Part shown: positions 33,605 to 42,615 of the stretch, piece after piece
How the letters are laid out: each line of letters begins with the position of its first letter
Position numbering within the stretch: the first letter of the stretch is position 1
Source of the DNA: Alphaproteobacteria bacterium
GTDB taxonomy: Bacteria > Pseudomonadota > Alphaproteobacteria > JAJFFI01
Direction of reading: 5' to 3'
Assembly (NCBI GenBank): GCA_030066595.1
Contig: JASJBI010000061.1
Span: forward strand, 346 to 64,345
DNA: 64,000 bases
Notes under the pieces: model-generated
The model's database searches: none
Told to the model about the DNA's origin: nothing
Seen by the model: the letters and a program-made list of their open reading frames with translations, nothing else
Position numbers and translations under genes: made by a program

Positions 33605-33653
33605 AGTTGACAGTGTCAACTAAGATAACCGATGCAGGTAGACGCTGTCAACT
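33605..33653 (-). promoter_or_regulatory. sigma70 promoter overlapped by two TetR-like operators
   Basis: Perfect palindrome AGTTGACAgTGTCAACT (33605-33621) and a degenerate copy (33637-33653); minus-strand TTGACA-N18-TATCTT; AGGAG RBS. Confidence 0.75.
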
Positions 33654-33745
33654 TCTCGAAAGCACCCACTGGTCTTGAGATGCCTTCACGCCACTGGTGT
33701 TTGCAGTGATCGTCGAGCGTAGCGCGGCGACCTTGAGCCCGCGCG

Positions 33746-35527
33746 TCAGGCCGGCACGCCTGCCTTGCGCAGGCCGAGCACCATGCGATCCAGGTCCGCG
33801 CGGTCCGCATAGGGCAGAATCCTGAGCCGCCGGTCGAGCGAATAGTCGGGATTGATCTCCAAGACCCTGGACCACTCGGCTCGGGCCTCCGCTATCCGGC
33901 CCAAATGGCCGAAGCAGGCCGCCAGCAGCACCCGTGAAATGTCGCTCTCGGGCTTCCGGACCAGGCGCCGCTGCAAGGCGGAAGCCGCCTCGTCGTACCG
34001 CTCCAGCATGAAGTAGATCTGGCCCAGGAAATGCAGCCAGAGGTCCGGATAGTGCGGATCGAGGCGCATGGCCGTCTCGATCCTTTCCAAGGCTTCGTGC
34101 GAATTGCCGGCATAGTGCAACGCGGACGCATGCACGGAGTAAGCCAGCGCGCTGTTGGGATCCAGGTCCAATGCCCTTTGCGCTTCCGCGATCGCGCGCT
34201 CGAGCTGTTTGCCCCACATGAAGACGAGGCTCATGGCGATATGGGGCAATGGGTCGGAGTCATCCAGCTCGAGCGCCTTTTGCGCAAGCTCGCGCGATCG
34301 CTCTGCGGATCGCTCGGGCGCCTCGCTCCAGCGGTTGATGTATTCGAGCGTGCTCACCAACGACAGCATCGAATACGCGGCGGCGAAGCCGGGATCGAGC
34401 TCAGTTGCCCGTTCAAACATGGCAACCGCGCGGGCCGCCTCTTCCTTGTCGGTCCGCCAGGCGCGCTCGCGCCCGCGAAGAAACCAGTCATAGGCTTCCA
34501 GGTTCCCTGTCCCTTTGCGCTCGGAGCGACGGTGCTCGCCCTTGGTGAGGCTTACCTTCAGGGCGCCGACGATTTCGCCCGTGACCTCGTCCTGAACCGC
34601 GAAGATGTCGGTCAGAGCGCGATCATAGCGCTCCGCCCAGATATGCCCGCCCGTGGTGCCGTCGATCAGCTCGGCACTGATCCGCACCCGGTCAGCGGCT
34701 TTACGCACGCTGCCTTCGAGGACATAGCGCACGCCGAGCTCGCGGCTCACCTGTTGAACGTTCGGTGACGTGTCCTTGTAGGCGAAGCTGGAGTTGCGTG
34801 CGATGACGAAGAGACCTGAGATCTTCGAGAGGTCGATGATGACGTCCTCGCTGATGCCGTCGGAGAAATATTCCTGTTCTGGATCGCCGCTCAGGTTGCG
34901 GAAGGGCAGGACGGCGATTGACGGCCGATCGGGGAGCACGCGCCGTTCAGCCGGCGCGACGTGCCCTGCCGTCGATTGTCCTGTGTCGGGGCTCCAGCGC
35001 CATACGCGCACCGGACGCGCGATGTTCTTGACCGCGTGATCCCCGCCATCGACGAAGGCATGATCGAGCTTACCGGCGACGCTCTCGTGCACGAGCCCCG
35101 AAATCGCGACCCCGCCGGGCTCGGCCAGGCCCTCCAGCCTGGCGGCGATGTTGATGCCGTCCCCGTAGAGGTCAGCCCCCTCGACGATCACGTCCCCCAG
35201 GTGGACACCGATGCGGAGGACCATGCGTTCGGGTCCGGAATCGGCGGCATTTCGGTCGGCCAGCGCGCTCTGTACCTCGACGGCGCACTGCACGGCGTCC
35301 ACCACGCTTCCGAACTCGGCCAGCATGCCGTCGCCCATAAGCTTGACGATGCGGCCCCGGTACTGGACCACCTGGGGGTCGATCAGCTCGGCCCGGAATT
35401 CCTTGAGGCGCGCGAGCGTACCCGCCTCATCCGTCTCCATCAGGCGGCTGTAGCCCACCACGTCGGCGGCAAGGATGGCGGCGAGCCTGCGTTCTACGCG
35501 CTCAGGTGCCACTTGGGCGTCTCCCAC
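33746..35527 (-). CDS. Class III adenylate cyclase with TolB-N-like and TPR domains
   Basis: RRLAAILAADVVGYSRLM, VKLMGDG, DLYGDGINIAARLE and PSIAVLPFRNLSGDPEQEYF motifs; TPR repeats. Confidence 0.95.
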   Translation of the reverse strand: MGDAQVAPERVERRLAAILAADVVGYSRLMETDEAGTLARLKEFRAELIDPQVVQYRGRIVKLMGDGMLAEFGSVVDAVQCAVEVQSALADRNAADSGPERMVLRIGVHLGDVIVEGADLYGDGINIAARLEGLAEPGGVAISGLVHESVAGKLDHAFVDGGDHAVKNIARPVRVWRWSPDTGQSTAGHVAPAERRVLPDRPSIAVLPFRNLSGDPEQEYFSDGISEDVIIDLSKISGLFVIARNSSFAYKDTSPNVQQVSRELGVRYVLEGSVRKAADRVRISAELIDGTTGGHIWAERYDRALTDIFAVQDEVTGEIVGALKVSLTKGEHRRSERKGTGNLEAYDWFLRGRERAWRTDKEEAARAVAMFERATELDPGFAAAYSMLSLVSTLEYINRWSEAPERSAERSRELAQKALELDDSDPLPHIAMSLVFMWGKQLERAIAEAQRALDLDPNSALAYSVHASALHYAGNSHEALERIETAMRLDPHYPDLWLHFLGQIYFMLERYDEAASALQRRLVRKPESDISRVLLAACFGHLGRIAEARAEWSRVLEINPDYSLDRRLRILPYADRADLDRMVLGLRKAGVPA

Positions 35528-35618
35528 GGCGACGCAAGATTCGATTTGCGGATGTTAGCAGCGGGCCTCGGTGAGACAAGACCCGAACCCGAGGCGCACT
35601 TCGGGGCCGGCGTGGGCG

Positions 35619-36404
35619 CTATGGTGCGCCAGCCTTGGCCCTCCGCAGCATCGCCAGAAAGCGCCAGACCGCGGCCGCCCCGACCAAGTGCTTGAGCGTG
35701 TGACCGCTGACCGCGCCGCCTAAGGCGGCAAAGACCTCTGTGTCGAGGGCCTCAAACAGCGAGGCCAGCGCGAACAGCAGCAAGGCCTCCAGAGCAAAGC
35801 GGAAGCGGGTGACCCGGCCCGGGAAGAGCGCGCAGAGGATCGGGATCCCCAGGATCGGAAAGGCCTTGGTCAGGGCATAGAGGCGCAGATCGTCGCTCGC
35901 CGCCCAGACCCAGACGCTGACCACGCCAAAGGCCAGCAGGCCGGGGAGTAGGTACGCGACGCCGAGCCGAAGGTCGATCCGGTCGGCGACGAAGGCGGCC
36001 ACGAGGCTCATGAAGGCAACCGTCATGGCCAGGCGGTCCCAGAACAGCGTGCCGTCGCGGGGCGCGAGGTGGTACCAGGCGGAGCCGGCCGCGATCAGTG
36101 CCGCGCCAGCAAAAAACACCATCCAAGGCAGCGCTGCGCGCCGGTCCGGAAACAGGATGCGGCCTCTCTCGCCCAACAGAAAGGCGAGCCCGACGACGCC
36201 CACGACGACAAAGGCCAGGTTCGAGGCCACGTCGCCGAAATTCGGGATGCCGAGCCAGGCGCGCTTGTCCGCAAAGTCGTGATAGGCCTGGTTCTGGGCC
36301 AGCGGCGGCAGCGCAAACGTGGCCCCCAACAACAACAGCCCCAACGCCCAGACAAACGTACTCCGTGCCCCTGCGGGCAGCGTTCGTATGCGGTCCAGCA
36401 TCAC
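35619..36404 (-). CDS. Alkaline ceramidase-like (CREST) membrane protein
   Basis: YHDFADKR, SNLAF, GSAWYH, WDRL and SGHTLKH motifs; multi-TM. Confidence 0.85.
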   Translation of the reverse strand: MMLDRIRTLPAGARSTFVWALGLLLLGATFALPPLAQNQAYHDFADKRAWLGIPNFGDVASNLAFVVVGVVGLAFLLGERGRILFPDRRAALPWMVFFAGAALIAAGSAWYHLAPRDGTLFWDRLAMTVAFMSLVAAFVADRIDLRLGVAYLLPGLLAFGVVSVWVWAASDDLRLYALTKAFPILGIPILCALFPGRVTRFRFALEALLLFALASLFEALDTEVFAALGGAVSGHTLKHLVGAAAVWRFLAMLRRAKAGAP

Positions 36405-37303
36405 CCCACCACGTCCTCCGAATCACCGGCCAGTTCGTCCAGGATCCAGGCGCGGAACGCCGCGATCTTTGGCTGGTCGAGGCGATCGGTCGGAAAGACC
36501 AAGTAGTAGGCACTTTCGCCGGGCAGTTCGAAGTCGAACGGCTCCACCAGCCGCCCCTGCTTGAGGTCCTCGGACATCATCCAGCGGTCGCCGATGGCCA
36601 GTCCGAGGCCGCCCGCGGCCGCCTCGAGGGCGAGTGCGGAGCTCGGGAACTGCGGGCCCTTTTCCGGGTCCACGCCGACGACCCCGGCCGCGGTGAGCCA
36701 CATGCGCCAGTCGTCGATGCGGGCGATCACATGCAATAGCGTGTGATGCACTAGGTCCTCAGGCTTTTCCAGCGGGACGTCCCCCTCGAGCAGCGCCGGG
36801 GAGCACACCGGAAACAGCTCCTCGCAAAAAAGCTTGTCCCTGTGCAGGCCGGGCCAATCGCCCTTGCCATAGCGGATGCCCAGATCGACGTCGGAGCGGG
36901 CGAAATCGACCGGCTCGATCGACGTGCTCAGGCGGACTTCGATGTCCGGATGGCGCTTGCGAAAGCGGGACAGACGCGGCACCAGCCAACGGATGGCAAA
37001 TGTGGGCACCAGGGTGATGGCGAGCTGACCGCTGTCCGAGCCCGCGGCGATGCGGTGGCTCGCCGCCGCAATCTCGGAAAAGGCGGCCTGCAGCGGCGGC
37101 AGATACGCCGCGCCGTCGGCCGTCAGCACCACCTTGCGATTGAGCCGGCGGAACAGCTTGATCTGGAGATGGTCCTCCAGGCTGCGGATCTGGTGGCTCA
37201 CCGCCGAGGGCGTGATGTGGAGCTCGTCGGCCGCGCGGCTGAAACTGCCCAGCCGACCGGCCGCTTCGAACACCCGGAGCGCGTTCAAGGGCGGCAGACG
37301 CAT
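36401..37303 (-). CDS. gcvA: GcvA-type LysR regulator
   Basis: LPPLNALRVFEAAGR, SAVSHQI, WLVPRL and AFRAW motifs. Family-level call. Confidence 0.92.
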   Translation of the reverse strand: MRLPPLNALRVFEAAGRLGSFSRAADELHITPSAVSHQIRSLEDHLQIKLFRRLNRKVVLTADGAAYLPPLQAAFSEIAAASHRIAAGSDSGQLAITLVPTFAIRWLVPRLSRFRKRHPDIEVRLSTSIEPVDFARSDVDLGIRYGKGDWPGLHRDKLFCEELFPVCSPALLEGDVPLEKPEDLVHHTLLHVIARIDDWRMWLTAAGVVGVDPEKGPQFPSSALALEAAAGGLGLAIGDRWMMSEDLKQGRLVEPFDFELPGESAYYLVFPTDRLDQPKIAAFRAWILDELAGDSEDVVG

Positions 37304-37339
37304 GATCTGTATTCACTTGAATCTCATTCAATTGAAGGG

Positions 37340-37382
37340 TGAAAAACTGTCGTTTGTCAAGATGCCACCCAAAGATTAGCTT
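37340..37382 (+). promoter_or_regulatory. Promoter of the small gene divergent from the first GcvA-type regulator
   Basis: TTGTCA(37354)-N17-TAGCTT(37377), overlapped by TGAAAAACTGTCGTTTGT, which recurs at 41470-41487. Confidence 0.55.
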
Positions 37383-37469
37383 GGGTATCAGAGGGAACAT
37401 ACGCTCCGGTGTATGAGGGCTCCTTGAGTGAATGAATTTCACTCACTTGAAACATTGAGGAGACAAGAT

Positions 37470-37706
37470 ATGACGGCCATGCCCCTGCAAAATGCCCATA
37501 TTCGCCGTTACCGGATCTCCGAGCTCGAGCCCGAATCGATCCGGCGAACGCCAGAAGGCGCCATCGACCTGGACTACTATCTGACCCGCGCCCATCAGGC
37601 CCGCGGTCGCGCCGTCCGGGGTGCCTTCCGCAAGCTGGTGGGATTGCTGACCCGGCGTCCCGCACCAGCGTCGCGCCCGCTGGGCCGCCTTGCCCCCTGT
37701 GGCTGA
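37470..37706 (+). CDS. Small protein, RSP_7527-like
   Basis: GAGGAG RBS; IDLDYYLTRAHQARGRAVRGAF resembles the RSP_7527 family as I recall it; has its own promoter and terminator. Confidence 0.75.
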   Translation: MTAMPLQNAHIRRYRISELEPESIRRTPEGAIDLDYYLTRAHQARGRAVRGAFRKLVGLLTRRPAPASRPLGRLAPCG

Positions 37707-37748
37707 CCGGCCACTCCCCTTGAGCCCCCCTTTGGGATGACGTAGTAA

Positions 37749-37785
37749 GGGCGCCCGACAGGAAACGTCGGGCGCCCCTTTTTTT
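37749..37785 (+). terminator. Strong intrinsic terminator
   Basis: 11-bp stem GGGCGCCCGAC/GTCGGGCGCCC followed by C and T7. Confidence 0.9.
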
Positions 37786-37803
37786 CGAGGAGAGTCGAGC
37801 GCC

Positions 37804-38310
37804 ATGGCCGCTGACGATGTTTCGGGACGCTCGCGGACGATCACCTGGCAAGACCCGATGCCCGTCGGCGACGCCGCCAGGGACATGAGCGGCCTCGATT
37901 TCCTGCGCCAGATCGCGTCAGGCCAGCTGCCCCCGCCGCCCATCTCGGAAAGCCTGGACTTCTACCTCGACAGGGTGGAGGAGGGTTTTGCGGTGTTCAT
38001 CTGCACGCCGGCCGAGCACCACTACAACCCGATCTCGGTCGTGCACGGCGGCCTGGCCGCGACGCTGATCGACAGCGCCACCGGCTGCGCCGTGCACTCG
38101 ACCCTGCCGAAAGGTCACGGCTACACCACGATCAACATCTCGGTCGATCTGCTGCGCGCCATCACCACCGCCACTGGCCGCATGCGCTGCGAAGGGCGGG
38201 TGGTGCATCGCGGATCGCGCCTGGCCATCGCCGAGGGCACGCTGATCGCCGAAGAGGCGGACAAGGTGCTCGCCCGCGGCCAGACCACTTGTATGATCTT
38301 TCCACCATGA
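37804..38310 (+). CDS. PaaI family thioesterase
   Basis: NPISVVHGGLAATLIDSATGCAV hotdog motif. Confidence 0.92.
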   Translation: MAADDVSGRSRTITWQDPMPVGDAARDMSGLDFLRQIASGQLPPPPISESLDFYLDRVEEGFAVFICTPAEHHYNPISVVHGGLAATLIDSATGCAVHSTLPKGHGYTTINISVDLLRAITTATGRMRCEGRVVHRGSRLAIAEGTLIAEEADKVLARGQTTCMIFPP

Positions 38311-38816
38311 CCGAGGCGACCCCCATCATCCGCGAGGCGCATGGCGCGGCCGATCTGGCCGAGGTGCGCGAGCTGTTCCTGGAATACGCCCGCTCGCTCA
38401 ATTTCTCTTTGTGTTTCCAGGGCTTTGATGAAGAGCTCGAAAGCCTGCCCGGGCGCTATGCGCCGCCGCGCGGCCGCCTGCTGCTGGCCGAGGTTGGCGG
38501 CAAGTATGCCGGCGGCGTCGGCCTGCGCCCGGTCGACCGGCCGGATGCCTGCGAGATGAAGCGGCTGTATGTCCGCCCGGACTTTCGCGGCTTGAAGCTC
38601 GGCCGGCGGCTCGCCGAAGCGGTCATCGGGGTCGCGCGCGAGATCGGCTATCAGGAGATGGTGCTGGACACGATCGAGAGCATGGAAGAGGCCGGCGCGC
38701 TATACCAGAGCTTGGGCTTCCGCGAGATCGCGCCCTATTACGACAACCCGCTCGAGGGGGTCCACTACTTCGGGCTCGACCTTTTGGCGCCCGCCACCTC
38801 CCGCCCCCACCGCTGA
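38307..38816 (+). CDS. GNAT N-acetyltransferase
   Basis: CEMKRLYVRPDFRGLKLGRRL and LYQSLGF motifs. Confidence 0.92.
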   Translation: MTEATPIIREAHGAADLAEVRELFLEYARSLNFSLCFQGFDEELESLPGRYAPPRGRLLLAEVGGKYAGGVGLRPVDRPDACEMKRLYVRPDFRGLKLGRRLAEAVIGVAREIGYQEMVLDTIESMEEAGALYQSLGFREIAPYYDNPLEGVHYFGLDLLAPATSRPHR

Positions 38817-38891
38817 GCGTCCGTGCGCTAGACCCCGTCTTGTAAAGGCCGGGACCGCTCGCTACCTTGCGCGGCTCGGAGGGAGCAGCGC

Positions 38892-39950
38892 GTGGTCAGC
38901 TACGAAATTGCCGTGATCCCCGGCGACGGGATCGGACATGAAGTGGTGCCCGAAGGCCTGCGCGTGCTCGAGGCGGCCGGCGCCAAGTTCGGCCTTGCCT
39001 TCTCTTGGTCCGAGTTCGACTGGAGCTGCGAACGCTACGCCGAGACAGGCCGCATGATGCCGGAGGACGGGCTCGACCAGCTGGCGGGGTTCGACGCCAT
39101 CTATCTCGGCGCGGTGGGCTACCCGGGCGTACCCGACCATGTCTCCCTCTGGGGCCTGTTGATCCCGATCCGCAGGCATTTCGGACAGTACGTCAACCTG
39201 CGCCCGGTGCGTCTGCTGCCCGGCATCGCCTCGCCGCTCGCCGGCCGCGGGCCCGCCGACATCGACTATGTGGTGGTGCGCGAGAACAATGAAGGCGAGT
39301 ATTCCGAGATCGGCGGCCGTCTGTACCAGGACACGCCTCAGGAAATGGCCACCCAACTCGCCATCTTCACGCGAGCGGGCGTCGACCGGATCCTGCGCTA
39401 CGCCTTCGATCTGGCGCGCGGACGGCCGGGCAAGCACGTGACCTCGGCGACCAAGTCGAACGGCATCATCCACACCATGCCGTTCTGGGACGAGCGCTTC
39501 CGCGCGGTCGCCGCCGACTATCCCGACGTTGCGACGGCGCAGTACCACATCGACATCCTGGCCGCCCATTTCGTGCAGCATCCCGACTGGTTCGACGTGG
39601 TCGTGGGCAGCAACCTCTTGGGCGACATCCTGTCCGACCTCGGCCCGGCGACCGCCGGCACCATCGCCGTCGCCCCCGGCGCCAACATCAATCCGGACCG
39701 GTCGGCGCCCTCGATGTTCGAGCCGGTGCACGGCTCGGCCCCGGATATCGCGGGCCGCGGCATCGCCAACCCGATCGGCCAGATCTGGTCGGGCGCCATG
39801 ATGCTGGACCATCTGGGACATGAGGATGCGGGCGCCGCCGTCGTCGGCGCCATCGAGCGGGTCCTGGTCGAGAGCGATCTGCGCACGCCGGACCTCGGCG
39901 GCACTGCGACCACGGCCGAGATGGGCCAGGCCATCGCGGCGGCGGTCTAG
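38892..39950 (+). CDS. Tartrate/D-malate dehydrogenase (decarboxylating)
   Basis: IPGDGIG, PDHVSLWGLL, RENNEGEY, ATKSNG and FEPVHGSAPDIAG motifs. Confidence 0.93.
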   Translation: MVSYEIAVIPGDGIGHEVVPEGLRVLEAAGAKFGLAFSWSEFDWSCERYAETGRMMPEDGLDQLAGFDAIYLGAVGYPGVPDHVSLWGLLIPIRRHFGQYVNLRPVRLLPGIASPLAGRGPADIDYVVVRENNEGEYSEIGGRLYQDTPQEMATQLAIFTRAGVDRILRYAFDLARGRPGKHVTSATKSNGIIHTMPFWDERFRAVAADYPDVATAQYHIDILAAHFVQHPDWFDVVVGSNLLGDILSDLGPATAGTIAVAPGANINPDRSAPSMFEPVHGSAPDIAGRGIANPIGQIWSGAMMLDHLGHEDAGAAVVGAIERVLVESDLRTPDLGGTATTAEMGQAIAAAV

Positions 39951-39953
39951 CGC

Positions 39954-40430
39954 ATGGACGTGCCCGTCAATCCCGGTATCGAAGCCCTTTACCTGGAGGA
40001 CTTCCAGGTGGGAAACCGCTACCGCTCGCCCGCGATCACGGTGACCGAGCGGCAGATCATCAGCTATGCGCTCGATTACGACCCGCAGGCCTTCCACATC
40101 GATGTCGAGGCCGGGCGCGCGCATCCCTTCGGCCAGGTCTTCGCCAGCGGGCTGCACACGCTGGCGCTGAGCTTTCGCCTGTTCGCCGAGAGCCGGGTTC
40201 TGGCGGCCTGCGCCCATGCCGGGATGGGCATGGACAAGCTGCGCTGGCGCAAACCGGTCATGCCGGGCGACACCCTGCACCTCGAGCTCGAGGTGCTGAG
40301 CGCCCGGCCGTCCGACAGCCGGGCGGGCCTCGGCATCCTGGTTCTGCGCCACGACACCGTGAACCAGGACGCGGCGCTGGTGCTGACGCTGGAGTGCACC
40401 CACATGATCAAGCGCCGGCCGCCCGGCTGA
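39954..40430 (+). CDS. MaoC family dehydratase
   Basis: LYLEDF, YDPQAFHID, ASGLHT and PVMPGDTL motifs. Confidence 0.9.
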   Translation: MDVPVNPGIEALYLEDFQVGNRYRSPAITVTERQIISYALDYDPQAFHIDVEAGRAHPFGQVFASGLHTLALSFRLFAESRVLAACAHAGMGMDKLRWRKPVMPGDTLHLELEVLSARPSDSRAGLGILVLRHDTVNQDAALVLTLECTHMIKRRPPG

Positions 40431-41043
40431 GCGGCGCCGCATCGGGGGCAGGCCCGGGCGTCGTTGCCGCGGCGGGCGCAGAGAGGTGCAGGACCTCCCA
40501 GCCGACGAGATCGGCGGCGGCCGGGATTTCGGCGACCTCCGCGCTTTCCCATAGGCTGAACCGAATGCCGGTCCAGCCGGAGGGATCCAAGGCACTGACC
40601 CAGCCCCGCAAGCCGGGGCGATCCTGGATGAGCGCCAGTTCCGCCTGCTCGGCAGCCGTCACCTGCCGAAGATCCAGGGTCTCGGGGAGCGGCAGGCTCT
40701 CCTTGAGCGCAAAACGCGGCGGCGGCCCGGCGTCGTTGAACGCCGCCGCGACGACCAGCCAGGTCTGAACGGTGGGCCGGCCGAAGCTCTCGACGATGCC
40801 GGCAAAGCCCTGCCCCAACAGGAACGCCCGCGCCGCCGCGAGGGAGTCCCAGACATAGAAAGAGGCGTACTCGTTGGCCGCCCGCCCAAGGGCGTGGGCG
40901 GTTTCGATGTCTCTGGCCAGGAAAGCCTTGCGGCGCAATCCCGGTAGCTCATCGTAGGCCGACCCCTTGGCCGCCACCCGGTTGCGGATCTCGGCCATGT
41001 CGAACGAGCGGGGCAAAGGAATGCGGTATTGCATGGCGAACAT
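40408..41043 (-). CDS. DUF4865 family protein
   Basis: MFAMQYRIPLP..FDM, LPGLRRKAFL, NEYASFYVW and SFGRP motifs. Confidence 0.8.
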   Translation of the reverse strand: MFAMQYRIPLPRSFDMAEIRNRVAAKGSAYDELPGLRRKAFLARDIETAHALGRAANEYASFYVWDSLAAARAFLLGQGFAGIVESFGRPTVQTWLVVAAAFNDAGPPPRFALKESLPLPETLDLRQVTAAEQAELALIQDRPGLRGWVSALDPSGWTGIRFSLWESAEVAEIPAAADLVGWEVLHLSAPAAATTPGPAPDAAPLSRAAGA

Positions 41044-41082
41044 GGCTGTCCTCTCCGATCGACACGTGGATGCGTCGGGCGT

Positions 41083-41403
41083 TCACGCGGCGCGGCGGAT
41101 GACCCGATCGTGGGTGGTGGCCGGCCGGTCTGCTGCCTGGAAGCCGGTCTTGCGGTGGGTTGCGACCGGCGACCGGCTGGTGGCAGTCGCCCGCCCGCCG
41201 GTGCGGGCAGCCAGGGCGGCCGGGCTCGTGGGGCGCCGCGACTGGGCCCGACCAACGCCGACGGCCGCCGCGCGGATGGTCCGCCCCAGCGCCCGGACCC
41301 AGCGGCCGATCCTGCTCGGCCCTGAGGGAGCGAAGATCTCTGCTTCGGAGGGCACGTCGATGCGTGCGGCCAGGGCGATGCTGCGTGTCAGTATATCCAA
41401 CAT
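41083..41403 (-). CDS. Small hypothetical protein divergent from the second GcvA-type regulator
   Basis: GGAG RBS 7 nt before ATG; TTGTAT-N17-TAAATC promoter upstream; N-terminus MLDILTRSIALAAR. Confidence 0.55.
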   Translation of the reverse strand: MLDILTRSIALAARIDVPSEAEIFAPSGPSRIGRWVRALGRTIRAAAVGVGRAQSRRPTSPAALAARTGGRATATSRSPVATHRKTGFQAADRPATTHDRVIRRAA

Positions 41404-41444
41404 GGCTCATCTCCAGTGTTGAATTATGTTTTGTCTATGGCGTA

Positions 41445-41487
41445 GATTTACAGAGTAGAATCAATCCATACAAACGACTATTTTTCA
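41445..41487 (-). promoter_or_regulatory. Promoter of the small gene divergent from the second GcvA-type regulator
   Basis: TTGTAT-N17-TAAATC overlapped by TGAAAAATAGTCGTTTGT (16/18 identical to 37340-37357). Confidence 0.55.
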
Positions 41488-41521
41488 AAATATAAGTTAG
41501 TTTTATTAAGGCATCTCAGAT

Positions 41522-42436
41522 ATGGCCCGACGGATCCCGCCCCTCAATGCCCTGCGCGCCTTCGAAGCGGCCGCCCGCCATCTGAGCTTTGCCAAGGCGG
41601 CGGAAGAGCTCAACGTCACACCGGCCGCGATCAGCCATCAGGTCAAGAGCCTCGAGGCGTTCGTCGGCGTGCCTCTGTTCCGCCGCCTGACCCGGGCGGT
41701 CATGCTCACGGATGCCGGGCAGGCGGCGTTGCCCCTGCTCTACGAGGCGTTCGACAGGCTCGAACAGGCGGCCGAGCGGATGCGCACCCATGACGAGGCC
41801 GGCGAGCTCAAGCTCAGCGCCGCGCCCAGCTTCACGGCGAAGTGGCTGGTCCCCCGCCTGGACCGGTTTGCTGCGGCCCATCCGGAGATCGACGTGCGGA
41901 TCGACGCCACCAACCAGGTGATCGATCTGGCGCGCGAGGACGTGGACATCGCCATTCGCTACGGTCCGGGCGGCTATCCCAAGCACCGCGAAGACCCGCT
42001 GCTTGAGGACGAGGCGGTGGTTCCCGTGTGCAGCCCGGCTTTGTGCGAAGGGCCCGACGCCCTGACCACGCCCGAGGACCTGCGCCGGCAGACCCTCTTG
42101 CACATTCATTTCGGCGGGCAGCGCAGCACCTGGCCGACCTGGGAGATGTGGCTGCGGGCCGCCGGCATCGCCGGGATCGACGCCACCCGTGGCCCGGTCT
42201 TCGCGCAGGAGAGCCTTGCGCTGCAAGCGGCGATCGCGGGTCAGGGCGTGGCATTGGCGAGCTCCATGTTCGTCGCGGAGGACATCGCCGCAGGCCGCCT
42301 CGTGCGCCCCTTCGACCTCGGCATTCCGCTCGAATTCGGCTACTTCGTGATTTCCCTGGAGGCGAACGCCGACCGCCCCAAGGTGGCAGCGTTCCGGGAC
42401 TGGCTGCTCGAGGAAGCCGGCCGGGACAAGCGCTGA
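41522..42436 (+). CDS. gcvA: GcvA-type LysR regulator
   Basis: IPPLNALRAFEAAARHLSF, AAISHQVK, WLVPRL and AFRDWL motifs. Family-level call. Confidence 0.92.
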   Translation: MARRIPPLNALRAFEAAARHLSFAKAAEELNVTPAAISHQVKSLEAFVGVPLFRRLTRAVMLTDAGQAALPLLYEAFDRLEQAAERMRTHDEAGELKLSAAPSFTAKWLVPRLDRFAAAHPEIDVRIDATNQVIDLAREDVDIAIRYGPGGYPKHREDPLLEDEAVVPVCSPALCEGPDALTTPEDLRRQTLLHIHFGGQRSTWPTWEMWLRAAGIAGIDATRGPVFAQESLALQAAIAGQGVALASSMFVAEDIAAGRLVRPFDLGIPLEFGYFVISLEANADRPKVAAFRDWLLEEAGRDKR

Positions 42437-42615
42437 ACGGGACCCGCACCGCCCGCGGTGACGCCTGCAGCTCGGCCGCCGCCTACAACTCTTTCGCGTA
42501 TTAGCAACCAAAAGTTGTCGTCAATGTGCTTGCGCACCGCGACCCCCGCAATGCTAGACTTCCGCAAAACAACAAGACTCGCTGGCCGTGGCCGGCGGCC
42601 TCGGGGGGTCCATTC

